A DNA stretch of 64,000 nucleotides from a virus (taxonomy: Duplodnaviria; Caudoviricetes): the IMG/VR virus record IMGVR_UViG_3300029288_000060, positions 64,001 through 128,000 of that record. The stretch is one strand, 5' to 3'. A program made the position numbers and the translations under genes. Below, piece by piece: positions 19,911 through 29,835 of this stretch. The notes under the pieces were generated by a model. The model searched no databases. It was not told where the DNA came from and saw only the letters and a list, made by a program, of their open reading frames with translations. Within the stretch, counting starts at the first letter, position 1; each line of letters opens with the position of its first letter.

Positions 19911-20693
19911 TTACATCTTGAGAAACTCTACCTCGGCCGGCGAAAGATTCTTTTGGGAAATGATGAGCTGCTGCACCAGTTTGATCAAGTTGGTCACGTC
20001 AACACTGTTGTCTACCGGCTTAGTTTTCTCCGCCAATAAATTGAAGAGAAAATCAATCGAGGCCGTGATTGATTCAAGTTCTTTCTTGATGTCGATGTCA
20101 GACGGAATTGTAGTTTTGGATCTCGAAGAAACATGTCGTGGTTTACCATCGCGATTTTCCTGATTTTGCTTTAGGAACAAAGCAAAAGCGGTATCTAAAT
20201 CATCATTTGCTTCTGTAGAAGCAAACTTGAATTTAATACCACTTTTAACTTCAGGATTAGGAATTTTTTCAATCACGTTTGGCACCACAGAGGCCATCCT
20301 GGTTGTTGTTGTTCGTATAGAAGCGTCTTTGATCGTCGTTTTTACTTTTTTGAAGTCTTCGACAATCTCATTGTGAGTAGCTTCGCCGCGTCTCTTGATT
20401 ATTGACAAAATGATATACTCGCTTGTCTTTTTTGCTTCGGTAATTTTCATTCTTTCCTCCAACTCCATTATTTTTTTTACTGGATATATTATATCGTTTT
20501 CCTTTTTGAAGAAGGGATTTCCTTTTATAGGATATTTGTATATACTCTTCTTCTTTGAAGTAACATAACCAGAAAAATCTGTAACTACGTTCTTATCCAA
20601 GTAATTACCAAACTCATCCTTCTTTTGGGTGGTATCTTTTTGTTCTTCTTTTACTAAACCATTTCGTACTAACTCCTCCTTTAAAGTTGCCAC
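19911..20693 (-). CDS. Putative winged-helix DNA-binding protein
   Basis: GTG 20693 after AAGGAGG; ILSIIKRRGEATHNEIV...SIRTTTTRM resembles a wHTH. Confidence 0.45.
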   Translation of the reverse strand: MATLKEELVRNGLVKEEQKDTTQKKDEFGNYLDKNVVTDFSGYVTSKKKSIYKYPIKGNPFFKKENDIIYPVKKIMELEERMKITEAKKTSEYIILSIIKRRGEATHNEIVEDFKKVKTTIKDASIRTTTTRMASVVPNVIEKIPNPEVKSGIKFKFASTEANDDLDTAFALFLKQNQENRDGKPRHVSSRSKTTIPSDIDIKKELESITASIDFLFNLLAEKTKPVDNSVDVTNLIKLVQQLIISQKNLSPAEVEFLKM

Positions 20694-20831
20694 ATCCCCC
20701 TCCTTAAAAAAAGTTAATTTCCTTATTATTTCAAAAATTAATATATGTAGCAATACATTATTAATAGAATTTTTCTAATCTTATGAAATGTCTAGAACAA
20801 AAATAAAATATAATAGAGGATTGATTATCAT

Positions 20832-21512
20832 ATGGATCAAAAACAAAAAGACTGTATTATTAAAATTACAGATAAATATGGTGATTGTTTATCTGATAAA
20901 ATGGTTGGAAATTCTTGTAATAAGAGAGATAACCGTCCTCAAGGTTTTGTAGAAATATATGATATATCAATTGATAATAAGAAAGAGTTATTAGGGAAAC
21001 AAAATCTTGTAGTTTATAATGGAAGAGAATGGTTAATATCTAGAGCTTTTAAAGTTAAAAATACTATGATTACCGCTGGTGAAAATGATTTTATTACCTG
21101 GTTTGGAGTTGGTGATGGAGGTTGTCCAATCGGTGATCCTCTAAATCCTACTTCACCTGATAGTACTGATAGTGATTTAAGTAATTCAGTAATGATTAAC
21201 GCTACTGACGCAACATGTGCTGATTATAGGTTGGTTCCGGATGTTGGTTATTATAAACATCCATTTGATAGCGACTTAGAATTTGAACAGGATGGAGACA
21301 ATTATAATTATTGGTTGATTGGAAAAGTTGAAACCACAATATCTTCAGCTGACGCAAATGGTTTTAATTTAAATGAAGCAGGTTTATTTGCTGCAGTAAG
21401 TGATGCAGGTGGATATGGAGGTCCATTTACTTTATATGCTCGTGTTACTTTTCCAACAATTGTGAAAACTGCAGCAAGACAGTTATTATTTGTATGGTAT
21501 GTGTATTTTTAA
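20832..21512 (+). CDS. Tail-collar / baseplate fibre-attachment-like protein
   Basis: NLVVYNGRE, GVGDG, NEAGLF, YARVTFPTIVKT...W motifs of tail fibre N-terminal domains. Confidence 0.6.
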   Translation: MDQKQKDCIIKITDKYGDCLSDKMVGNSCNKRDNRPQGFVEIYDISIDNKKELLGKQNLVVYNGREWLISRAFKVKNTMITAGENDFITWFGVGDGGCPIGDPLNPTSPDSTDSDLSNSVMINATDATCADYRLVPDVGYYKHPFDSDLEFEQDGDNYNYWLIGKVETTISSADANGFNLNEAGLFAAVSDAGGYGGPFTLYARVTFPTIVKTAARQLLFVWYVYF

Positions 21513-21614
21513 TTAAATTTTAAATTTTTGGGGACAGGACTGATCATCTTGAGGAAGAACCTATACTTCTTCCTCTAACCCAATTAGAAAATTCTGTATA
21601 GGAGAATTATAAAA

Positions 21615-22472
21615 ATGAGTCTAGTTAAATGTATGATATGTGAAAAAGAATATAAAAGTTTAAAAGGAATTTCAACACACATTATTGTTCATAAGATCAC
21701 AGCTTATGAATATTATGAAAAATTCTTAAAAAAAGAAAATGAAGGTGTGTGTTTAAATCATGGTAAAGTTAAAGATTGTAAAAAAGATACTACATGGATA
21801 AATATGGTTGTTGGTTATCATAAATATTGTAGCGTAAAATGTATGACTAAATCTGACAACTTTAGAAAAATGTCTTCAGAATCAAAAAAAGGTGATAAAC
21901 ACTGGTTAAAGAAAGAAGGTAATATACATCCAAATAAAAATAAAACTTATGAAGAAATTTATGGATTAGAAAAAGCAAAACAATTAAAAGAAAATTTATC
22001 ATGGTTAGGTAAACAATTAACTGGTTTAAAAAATCCATTCTATAATCATAATCATACAAACAAAACTCGTGAAATTCTTAGAAATAACAAACTTGGAAAA
22101 ACAAACATTGAATTATATGGGTGCGATAAAGCAAAAGAAATTAAATTAAAACAATCAAAACCACAGAAAAAACCTTGGTTATCAGAAAACAATCAACTTT
22201 ATACTTCGAAATTTTACAATAAAAAATTTAGAAAACAAATTCTCATAGATCAAAATATGTTATGTGGTTATTGTAGTTGCAAACTGTTTAAGAATTATAG
22301 ACATTTGCATCATATAAATTTCATAAAATGTGATGATAGAAGAGAAAATTTAATTTATTTATGTCCATCATGTCATGGTAAAACAAAAAATAGAGTAATA
22401 TATAAAGAAACCATGAAATTTTTAAATGATAGAAATCAAATGATTTTAGAATCTGTAAACAAGAAAGGTTAA
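21615..22472 (+). CDS. Free-standing HNH homing endonuclease
   Basis: N-terminal C2H2 finger, NUMOD3-like NPFYNHNHT, C-terminal CGYC...HHINF...NLIYLCPSCH. Confidence 0.85.
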   Translation: MSLVKCMICEKEYKSLKGISTHIIVHKITAYEYYEKFLKKENEGVCLNHGKVKDCKKDTTWINMVVGYHKYCSVKCMTKSDNFRKMSSESKKGDKHWLKKEGNIHPNKNKTYEEIYGLEKAKQLKENLSWLGKQLTGLKNPFYNHNHTNKTREILRNNKLGKTNIELYGCDKAKEIKLKQSKPQKKPWLSENNQLYTSKFYNKKFRKQILIDQNMLCGYCSCKLFKNYRHLHHINFIKCDDRRENLIYLCPSCHGKTKNRVIYKETMKFLNDRNQMILESVNKKG

Positions 22473-22518
22473 ATCTGAATAGAAAAATAAATAAAACTTA
22501 GAAAAAGGAAAAAATAAA

Positions 22519-24772
22519 ATGTCAAACGTATCACCAGGGGTAGATCTTTAAAAGAATATGCCCTCTTAATAGGAATAGAAAACTATTAAGTAATAAACTG
22601 GGTGAATTGCTGGAACGCTAAATCAATATTTTTTGATATGCCAATCAGCAGCTAAGCTCATCGAATAAGGATTTTTGTAGATGAGAAAGTTCAGAGACTA
22701 GACAGTGAGGATCCTTAAACCAATAATCTGTCAAACAGCGCCCAGTACTCAAACTCTAATAGAGATGAGTAAAGATATAGTCCAAGCTTATAGGAAACTA
22801 TAAGGGATAGAACTAGTATTCAAAAATAATAGATCTCAGTAGCTATGTTCAATCAGTTCCTAGTACAATTGGTTGTATAATGGCATTAACTAGGAAAGGT
22901 AGAGATAATCAGTTTACGTTTGTAGGGTCAAGAGCAGAATTAATTTCTGGTTGGGGCGAACCTAATATTAATGACTATGGTAAAAACTATGGTCAAGGTT
23001 TGTACGAAGCATACAACTTTTTAGGAGAATCTGGAGCTCTTTATTTTCAGAGGTGTTTACCAGACGATGCATCATTTTCAAATATTAAAATTAACGCAGA
23101 TTTAGCGGTTTCTGACGCAACTGCAATTATTTCAGTAACATATGTTGATAGTTTAAATACAATTGATGAAATTCAAACTGCCCTTGTTTCTGCAGGAACT
23201 ACTTATCCAATTTGTATTTTATATCCTATCGGAAGAGGTGAATATTATAATCAGATTGGCGTAAGATTCACTGAATATTCTAACCCTATGATAAGTGGTG
23301 TTTATGTTATGGATATTTATGAAAAACAATCTGATGGAGATGATGTAATCATTGAATCATTTGAAGTTTCATTTGATCCAAAATCTACTGATTCATCTGG
23401 AGATTCAATTTTTATTGGCTACATTTTGGAAATGTATTCTTCAGTTTTAAGATGTGAAATGACATTAGCGTCTGGTGCTTATACATCTGGTTATGAATTG
23501 GTTGCAAAAATTTACGATAAGGATATAGGAAGTGTATCAGTTACTGAAACTACAGCAACCGCAGAGATTAGTGATAATAAACAAGTATTTACAGATTGGG
23601 AAACTACTCCAGAAACTGGTAATGCTACGTATATGGTTGTTGCAAAAGACGGAAAAGGAAATATTTTATATGGTTGGTTAGGAGCAGCAACAGGAACTGA
23701 TTTTGACCATGTTAATGTTTTTGATGGAAGAAATTTGACCACAGCTTCAAGAGGATGGGTAGGAGATACAAGTGCTTTTGATACATCTAGCACAATTACT
23801 TATGAAGTTAAAAAATCTAATTCTTCAATTGCAGATCCTTTTATATCTTCAACTCCAGTTCCTTTAAAGAAAGGGTCAGATGGAACTCTTTTAGATGCAT
23901 CTGGAGACTTAGATACCACAGTTGCCACACAGGTTTTGGCAGAAGGTTATGCAGGAACTTTAACTAATCCTATAACTGGAATTACAGAGGATGCAATTAC
24001 AGATACAGAAAATGTTTATTTTACAATGACTTTTGATGGAGGTTACCCTTCCAGCGTAAAACAACAAATTTCTACGTTAGTTCAAACAAGAAGGGATGGA
24101 GTAGCAATTCTTGATAATGGAGATAACTCTTCATACAATATTGCAATTGCTTCTAGAACAAATACAAATACTTATAATAACTATTACACTGCTCTTTATG
24201 AAGAATATAATAAAGTTTATGATATTTTTACAGGTCAAGATATTTGGGTAAGTCCTGTTTATCATATGGCGTATATTCTTCCAAGAAATGACACTGTTGC
24301 AGAACTTTGGTATGCTGCAGCTGGTTTTAATAGAGCAGCAATTGACACAATTAAAGAACTTAGATTTAATCCAAAATTGGGTCAGAGAGATGGAATGTAT
24401 TTAAAACAATTAAACCCAATAGTGAAATTTAGTAATGGTTATACTGTTTGGGGTCAATTAACAAGTCAGGCAAAACCATCTGCTTTACAGGATTTAAATA
24501 TTGTTAGATTAGTTTTATATTGCAAAAAGAGCATTGAAAATTTTGCAAGATATTTTGTATTTGAAATGAATGACCAAATTACATGGAATAAATTCAATAA
24601 TGAAGTAGTGGGTTTCTTAGAAGAAATTAAGAGAAAAAGAGGTCTTTACTCATTTAATGTTAATACCTATGCCACAGACTATATGAAAAAGACGAAGACA
24701 TTCACTTGCGATATTGAGCTATACCCGGTCCGGACAGTAGAAAAAATTGAATTAAATTTCTTTATTAAGTAA
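22519..24772 (+). CDS. Tail sheath protein, intron-split (exon 1 22519-22541, exon 2 22816-24772)
   Basis: Spliced N-terminus MSNVSPGVYSKIIDLS is the canonical sheath start; C-terminal WYAAAGFNRA, NPI, VWGQLT, LNIVRL, FVFEMND. Confidence 0.9.
22542..22815 (+). mobile_element. Group I intron (ORF-less, 274 nt) in tail sheath gene
   Basis: P GAATTGCTGGAA, Q AATCAGCAG, R TCAGAGACTA, S AAGATATAGTCC; P1 GGGGU/GCCCU; P9 CTTATAG-GAAA-CTATAAG. 3' boundary uncertain by 1 nt. Confidence 0.9.
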
Positions 24773-24790
24773 TATAATTACTAGCAACTT

Positions 24791-24833
24791 AACTCCCTCT
24801 ATAGAACAAATAATAAATTTTATAGAGGGAGTT
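24791..24833 (+). promoter_or_regulatory. Hairpin: sheath terminator and RBS sequester, enclosing a TAGAACAAA promoter
   Basis: AACTCCCTCTATA / TATAGAGGGAGTT plus T-run; the 3' arm contains the RBS of the next gene. Confidence 0.65.
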
Positions 24834-24842
24834 TTTTCCGTT

Positions 24843-26924
24843 ATGATACAATGTCAAATATGTAAAAAAGAATTTGAAAAACCATCAAGTTTAGTTTCAC
24901 ATCTAAGTAATCCAAAAGGAAATTGTAAAATTTCAATAAAAGAATATTACGATAAATATTTAAGAAAAGAAAATGAGGGTATATGTCAGGTATGTAAAAA
25001 AGAAACATATTTTGCAGGAATAGTACAAGGTTATCCAACTACTGTTTGTAAATATTGCAAGAGCAAATTAGAAAAAACAAAATTATTAAAAAAGATAAAC
25101 AGCGGCAAAAAAAGAGAAATGTTAGATAAAGAAAAAGAAGTAAAAAAAATAAATGATGGTTACTATGATTTTCCTATTCAATGTGAATTATGTAAGGAAT
25201 CAAACTCAATTTACAAATGTAAAACATATAAAGCTTTATCAACACATTTAAGATTTATTCATCCACAAACAACAATAAAAGAATATTATGATAAGTATCT
25301 CAAAAAAGAAAATGAGGGTATATGTCCAATTACTGGAAAACAAACTAATTTTAAAAATTTAAGAGAGGGGTATTTTGTATATAAAAATAAAGGAACTTGT
25401 GTAAAAGATTCTATTATAATTAAAAAATCTAAAGATACAATTTTTAAAAATCATGGGGTAACTGCCCCAACATATGTAAATACAGAACAAAGAGTAAGAA
25501 ATTATAAAAATACAGTTAAAAAAAGAATTGACTTAAATAATGAAAGAATTAACTTAATTAGTTTACTAAGAAAATTAACTATTGATAAAACAAACAAAAA
25601 CCAATGTCAAATATGTGGAAGAATATTTAGAGATACAAATCAATTAGGCTTGCATATTAAGATTCATAACATCAAAATAAAAGAGTATTATGATATATTT
25701 TTCAAAAAAGAAAATGAAGGGTTATGCCCAATTTCAAATCTAGAGACCAATTTTGATTCTTTAGAAAGAGGATATTTTAAATATCATAAATTATTTATTA
25801 CTTATACTGATGAAATTAAAAATGGAAATAAAAAAAGAAGAATAGATTATATTCAAGAAAAGATAAAAATGTTTGAAAATATATTTGATGTTCAATTTAT
25901 TGATCTAAAAGATATCGAACATATTGGAGATTTAACAAGAATTAAATGTAATAAATGCGGAACTATTTACAAAAATAGATTTACAAATTTAATTTCTGGA
26001 TTTGGAAAATGTGAAAGATGCAATCCAAGAAACAATCATAGATCAAGTCATGAAAAAGAAATGTATGAAACTATAAAAACTTTTATGAAAGATGAAATTG
26101 TTTTAAATAATTGTAAGCAAATAATAAAGAATCCAAATACAGGAAACAATCTTGAATTAGACATATATATTCCAAGTAAAAAAATAGCAATTGAATTTAA
26201 CGGATTGTATTGGCATTCTGAATTGATTTTAAACGAAAAAGCTGAGCGATATCATTTTACTAAATGGAATGAATGTAAAAAAGAGGGAATACAACTTATT
26301 CAAATTTTTGAGGACGAGTGGTATGAAAAGAAAGATATAGTACTATCAATGATAAAACATAAATTAGGTTATAATTCAAACAAAGTTATTTACGCAAGAA
26401 AATGTATAATCAAAGAAATTACGTCAAATGAAAAAAATAATTTTTTAGATTCCAATCATATTCAAGGAAGAGATTTATCTAAAATAAAATTGGGCGCTTT
26501 TTATGATAATAAATTAGTTGCTGTTATGACTTTTGGTTTAGGAAATATTTCTAGGGGTGGCAATCCATATGATTTAGAAAAGTGGGAGTTGTCAAGATTT
26601 GTTACAAAAAAAGAATACCATGTAATTGGAATAGCAGGGAAATTATTAGAATATTTTAAGAAAAATTACCATTGGAAAGAAATTTATAGCTATGCTGATT
26701 TAAGAATTAGTAATGGTAATTTATACAAAAAATTAGGATTTAATCTTATAAAACAAAATCCGCCAAATTATTTTTATGTATGGCAAACTAAACGAATTCA
26801 TAGATTTAATTTAAGGAAAACATTATCAGAACCAGAAAATATTCCAGAATGGAGATTACGCCTAGATCAAGGATATTATAGAATCTGGGATTGTGGTAAC
26901 TTAAAATTTAGTTTAACAAAATAA
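24843..26924 (+). CDS. Free-standing homing endonuclease (zinc-finger repeats + PD-(D/E)XK/Vsr-like domain)
   Basis: Three IKEYYD...KENEG.C modules; ELDIYIP...AIEFNGLYWHS; YARKC...FLDSNHIQG...IWDCG tail. Confidence 0.8.
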   Translation: MIQCQICKKEFEKPSSLVSHLSNPKGNCKISIKEYYDKYLRKENEGICQVCKKETYFAGIVQGYPTTVCKYCKSKLEKTKLLKKINSGKKREMLDKEKEVKKINDGYYDFPIQCELCKESNSIYKCKTYKALSTHLRFIHPQTTIKEYYDKYLKKENEGICPITGKQTNFKNLREGYFVYKNKGTCVKDSIIIKKSKDTIFKNHGVTAPTYVNTEQRVRNYKNTVKKRIDLNNERINLISLLRKLTIDKTNKNQCQICGRIFRDTNQLGLHIKIHNIKIKEYYDIFFKKENEGLCPISNLETNFDSLERGYFKYHKLFITYTDEIKNGNKKRRIDYIQEKIKMFENIFDVQFIDLKDIEHIGDLTRIKCNKCGTIYKNRFTNLISGFGKCERCNPRNNHRSSHEKEMYETIKTFMKDEIVLNNCKQIIKNPNTGNNLELDIYIPSKKIAIEFNGLYWHSELILNEKAERYHFTKWNECKKEGIQLIQIFEDEWYEKKDIVLSMIKHKLGYNSNKVIYARKCIIKEITSNEKNNFLDSNHIQGRDLSKIKLGAFYDNKLVAVMTFGLGNISRGGNPYDLEKWELSRFVTKKEYHVIGIAGKLLEYFKKNYHWKEIYSYADLRISNGNLYKKLGFNLIKQNPPNYFYVWQTKRIHRFNLRKTLSEPENIPEWRLRLDQGYYRIWDCGNLKFSLTK

Positions 26925-26979
26925 ACAAAAAAATATTCATAGAGTTTGTTTATTCTAGGAATATTTTTTTGTTTTTTTA

Positions 26980-27438
26980 TTATTTTTTAAATTTTTTAAG
27001 GAATTTTTTAAAATTTCGTATTTCATTTTCTCTTTCTCTAAGATCTTGTATTACAGACTTCTCAAAAATTATATCTAACTTTTGTTTTTGTATAAAATTT
27101 ATTCCCTCCGTAGTATTTGAGGCTATAATAACAATTTTTAAGTCATTTATTAAGGTAATTTTATCTGTAAGTTTTAAATATCCATTACTACCTAAATTTA
27201 ACGATGTAATTAAATCATGAAAATATTGGTCTTTTGTTGGTATTAACTCAAAACCTTTCTGGTTATAACGCTTGTTAACTATCCATTTACATCTATTCCA
27301 TATTGTAGAGTTTTCTAAAACATATTTTGCAGACAATATCATCTTTTGTTTTGTTAATATATCAATTTCCTTTATAAGTTTAGATATTATTCTATTTTTC
27401 GTTTTTATTTCACTATCAATTTCTTTTATTTGATCCAT
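26980..27438 (-). CDS. Hypothetical protein
   Basis: ORF with RBS. Confidence 0.55.
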   Translation of the reverse strand: MDQIKEIDSEIKTKNRIISKLIKEIDILTKQKMILSAKYVLENSTIWNRCKWIVNKRYNQKGFELIPTKDQYFHDLITSLNLGSNGYLKLTDKITLINDLKIVIIASNTTEGINFIQKQKLDIIFEKSVIQDLRERENEIRNFKKFLKKFKK

Positions 27439-27456
27439 TGTTATTTTGTCCTTTTT

Positions 27457-27672
27457 TTATTTTAATATAAAACCTACTATTGAAAAAATTACCAATAAAC
27501 TCCAAAACCAAAATCCAAGATCAAATAACTTACATGTGTAAGTTCGACCTTCATACCAATCTTCTAAAGGTAGTTTACGTAATTCAGAGAACATATCTTC
27601 CCAAAAAACTATCCTTATAAGAGTTCTGTTAATTATCCATGTAGGTAAGGCTAAAAATTTTTTAATTAACAT
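27457..27672 (-). CDS. Small membrane protein
   Basis: C-terminal hydrophobic helix. Confidence 0.5.
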   Translation of the reverse strand: MLIKKFLALPTWIINRTLIRIVFWEDMFSELRKLPLEDWYEGRTYTCKLFDLGFWFWSLLVIFSIVGFILK

Positions 27673-28247
27673 TTAATAGATCCCATAAATGAATTTGTAA
27701 AATTAGAACGATTATCTTTTAGAATACTCACAATTTTTGTTAATATACTTTTAACTTCCTTTTCAGGTTTATTTTCATTTAATAAAATTCTTTCTAGACT
27801 GGATAGGATTAGAAAAACTTTATCCCCGCTTATCATTTCTTTACCCAAACAGAATAGAAATTTTTGAAATATTGGATCAAGTGTTACTAAGTTTTCCTCT
27901 ATAATATTTTCATTCTTTCTGGGTTTAACATCTTTTCTCCAGCTGTTTAAATTAGAACAACAACCAGCTCCTATAAAAAGTTCCTCTTTATATCTTTCAC
28001 TTAAAGTACCTCTATTGCAAAGTTTACAAATATATCTTGTTCCAATCCATTCTAATTCTGGACATCCTTCAATTCCATCACCATATATTCTTCTGGATAC
28101 ATAACATGGAGTTGTTATACAACAATACCCGCACCCAACACACGGTTTAACTGATATACCGTCAATTATTGTTCTCTCATCTTTTTCATTTTTATGAATC
28201 ATACCATGACTCCTCAATGAATTCAATTTGTTTAACATCAAATCCAA
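27666..28247 (-). CDS. CxxCxxCC (YkgJ-like) Fe-S/Zn cluster protein (likely start 28202)
   Basis: KPCVGCGYCCITTPC...CPEL...ICKL...GAGCC. Confidence 0.65.
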   Translation of the reverse strand: MDLMLNKLNSLRSHGMIHKNEKDERTIIDGISVKPCVGCGYCCITTPCYVSRRIYGDGIEGCPELEWIGTRYICKLCNRGTLSERYKEELFIGAGCCSNLNSWRKDVKPRKNENIIEENLVTLDPIFQKFLFCLGKEMISGDKVFLILSSLERILLNENKPEKEVKSILTKIVSILKDNRSNFTNSFMGSIKC

Positions 28248-28572
28248 GACTATTTAATTCAAGAAGTATTTTTTCTTTAAATTCTCTTAGGGTTTCATCA
28301 TCTTTTAAATCAGATGCTTTTCCTCCTATATAAATTACATCATCCCATACTTTCCAATCTATAATAATATTTGTGGGCAAATAATCTAAGATTTCATAGA
28401 TATCTACAAAACTTTCAATCGATTCTGTACCATCATATTTAGTTTTATAGTTATCAAAGGCTTTTTTTATTACTTCCTTTTTATCTAATAAATCATTAAC
28501 ATCTAAAGTTATGCCCCATCCTACGAATGAGGTTGAACTTGAATTTGTTATAAAATCAGTCTTAATTTTCAT
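28192..28572 (-). CDS. TNSSS-motif protein 2
   Basis: MKIKTDFITNSSSTSF. Confidence 0.65.
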   Translation of the reverse strand: MKIKTDFITNSSSTSFVGWGITLDVNDLLDKKEVIKKAFDNYKTKYDGTESIESFVDIYEILDYLPTNIIIDWKVWDDVIYIGGKASDLKDDETLREFKEKILLELNSLGFDVKQIEFIEESWYDS

Positions 28573-28916
28573 GGATTCTCCACAATTTCAAGCTTTATGT
28601 TTATAAAACCAAAATCTAATAACAAGTCTGGATATATATTTTGAAAAATTATGACGTATTTCATCCAATTTGGTATATCACTTAAAAAATTATACGCTGA
28701 AGTCCATTGTTCTATCGTAAAGAGATTTTTTCTTATATGGAATATTTTTATATTATTGTCTGCAAATTTATGAGTTTGATAATATTCTTTTTCAAATTTT
28801 TTTATAAAATTTTCCCAAGCTTCTTTAAATCTATCAAAGTCATCTGAAATAAATGTAATGTAAAGAATAAAAGATGCGCTTGATGAGTTTGTTACAAAGT
28901 CTGCCTTAAACTTCAT
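28569..28916 (-). CDS. TNSSS-motif protein 3
   Basis: MKFKADFVTNSSSASF. Confidence 0.65.
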   Translation of the reverse strand: MKFKADFVTNSSSASFILYITFISDDFDRFKEAWENFIKKFEKEYYQTHKFADNNIKIFHIRKNLFTIEQWTSAYNFLSDIPNWMKYVIIFQNIYPDLLLDFGFINIKLEIVENP

Positions 28917-29146
28917 TTAATGCTCCTTCTAACTCTTCTGTTAAAAGTAATCCTATGTTTATACCACCATATCTTACATTCCCAACCTTTTTTCTGAAAT
29001 AACCAATAATCTTCATATGGACATTCCTCTACCCAACCATGAGCTTTTAATCTTTCTATTGTCATATATGCTATTTTTGCAAAATCGCTTAACTTATCAA
29101 ATCTTGCAATTGTTTTAGTTACATCTTCTTTAGGCATAACAAACAT
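28913..29146 (-). CDS. Hypothetical protein
   Basis: GGAGG RBS, coupled to the next gene. Confidence 0.5.
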   Translation of the reverse strand: MFVMPKEDVTKTIARFDKLSDFAKIAYMTIERLKAHGWVEECPYEDYWLFQKKGWECKIWWYKHRITFNRRVRRSIK

Positions 29147-29177
29147 AATTAACCTCCGTTATTTTTTTAATTTTAAT

Positions 29178-29212
29178 TACCATGAGGGATATTTTTATAT
29201 ATCCCTCATGGT
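29178..29212 (-). terminator. Terminator-like hairpin
   Basis: ACCATGAGGGATAT / ATATCCCTCATGGT. Confidence 0.6.
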
Positions 29213-29223
29213 TATAGTCAATT

Positions 29224-29835
29224 TTATTTAAAATCTTTATGTTTTAATTTAGTTATAACTCTTGCTCCACCTCTTGTTAAAAGAGGAACTTCAGGTATTA
29301 ATACTAAACCTTCAGCTAAAAAATCTCCCCATTTTGAAGTAAAACCATTTTTTACTAATTCCTCAGCTTCAAAAAGTGTTCCAGTTCCTACAATTGGAAC
29401 AACAGGAATATTAACTTTTTTAGCTATATCTTCTACATCCTTTCTTAATAACCACCAATCTCCAATTTTTATATCAAACAAAACAAAGTCTTGATGAGCA
29501 GAATAATTTCCTGATCCTTTTGTCATTCCAGCACCATAACCTTCTCCATAAAAGCATATATCAGATAATTCTGCATCTATAAATTTCGATGCTGGAAATA
29601 ATTCTATTAATTTATTTAGCAAGTTTGGAGAAATTATGGCGTTATCTGTTTTTCCACCAAATTCAACAATCCTATCATTCCACATTACTCGTATGTTTGC
29701 TCCATTGACCTTTTCTGTCCATAACCACTTATTATTGTATAAGTATTCAAATTCTGGTCTGGAAAAGTCACCTTTTATAATTTTTTTATTTTTATCTCTT
29801 TTATAAATTGTATGTATTTTGTGGTATTTTATCAT
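29224..29835 (-). CDS. ATP-dependent RNA ligase (Rnl2-like adenylyltransferase domain)
   Basis: Motif I TEKVNGAN, III YGEGYG, IIIa FVLFDI, IV EGLV, V KLK. Confidence 0.8.
   Translation of the reverse strand: MIKYHKIHTIYKRDKNKKIIKGDFSRPEFEYLYNNKWLWTEKVNGANIRVMWNDRIVEFGGKTDNAIISPNLLNKLIELFPASKFIDAELSDICFYGEGYGAGMTKGSGNYSAHQDFVLFDIKIGDWWLLRKDVEDIAKKVNIPVVPIVGTGTLFEAEELVKNGFTSKWGDFLAEGLVLIPEVPLLTRGGARVITKLKHKDFK

Noticed and set aside
22880-22882. ORF-track starts for sheath (22880) and tube (40618)
   Set aside because: They lack an RBS. Upstream exons with an RBS restore better N-termini after intron removal.
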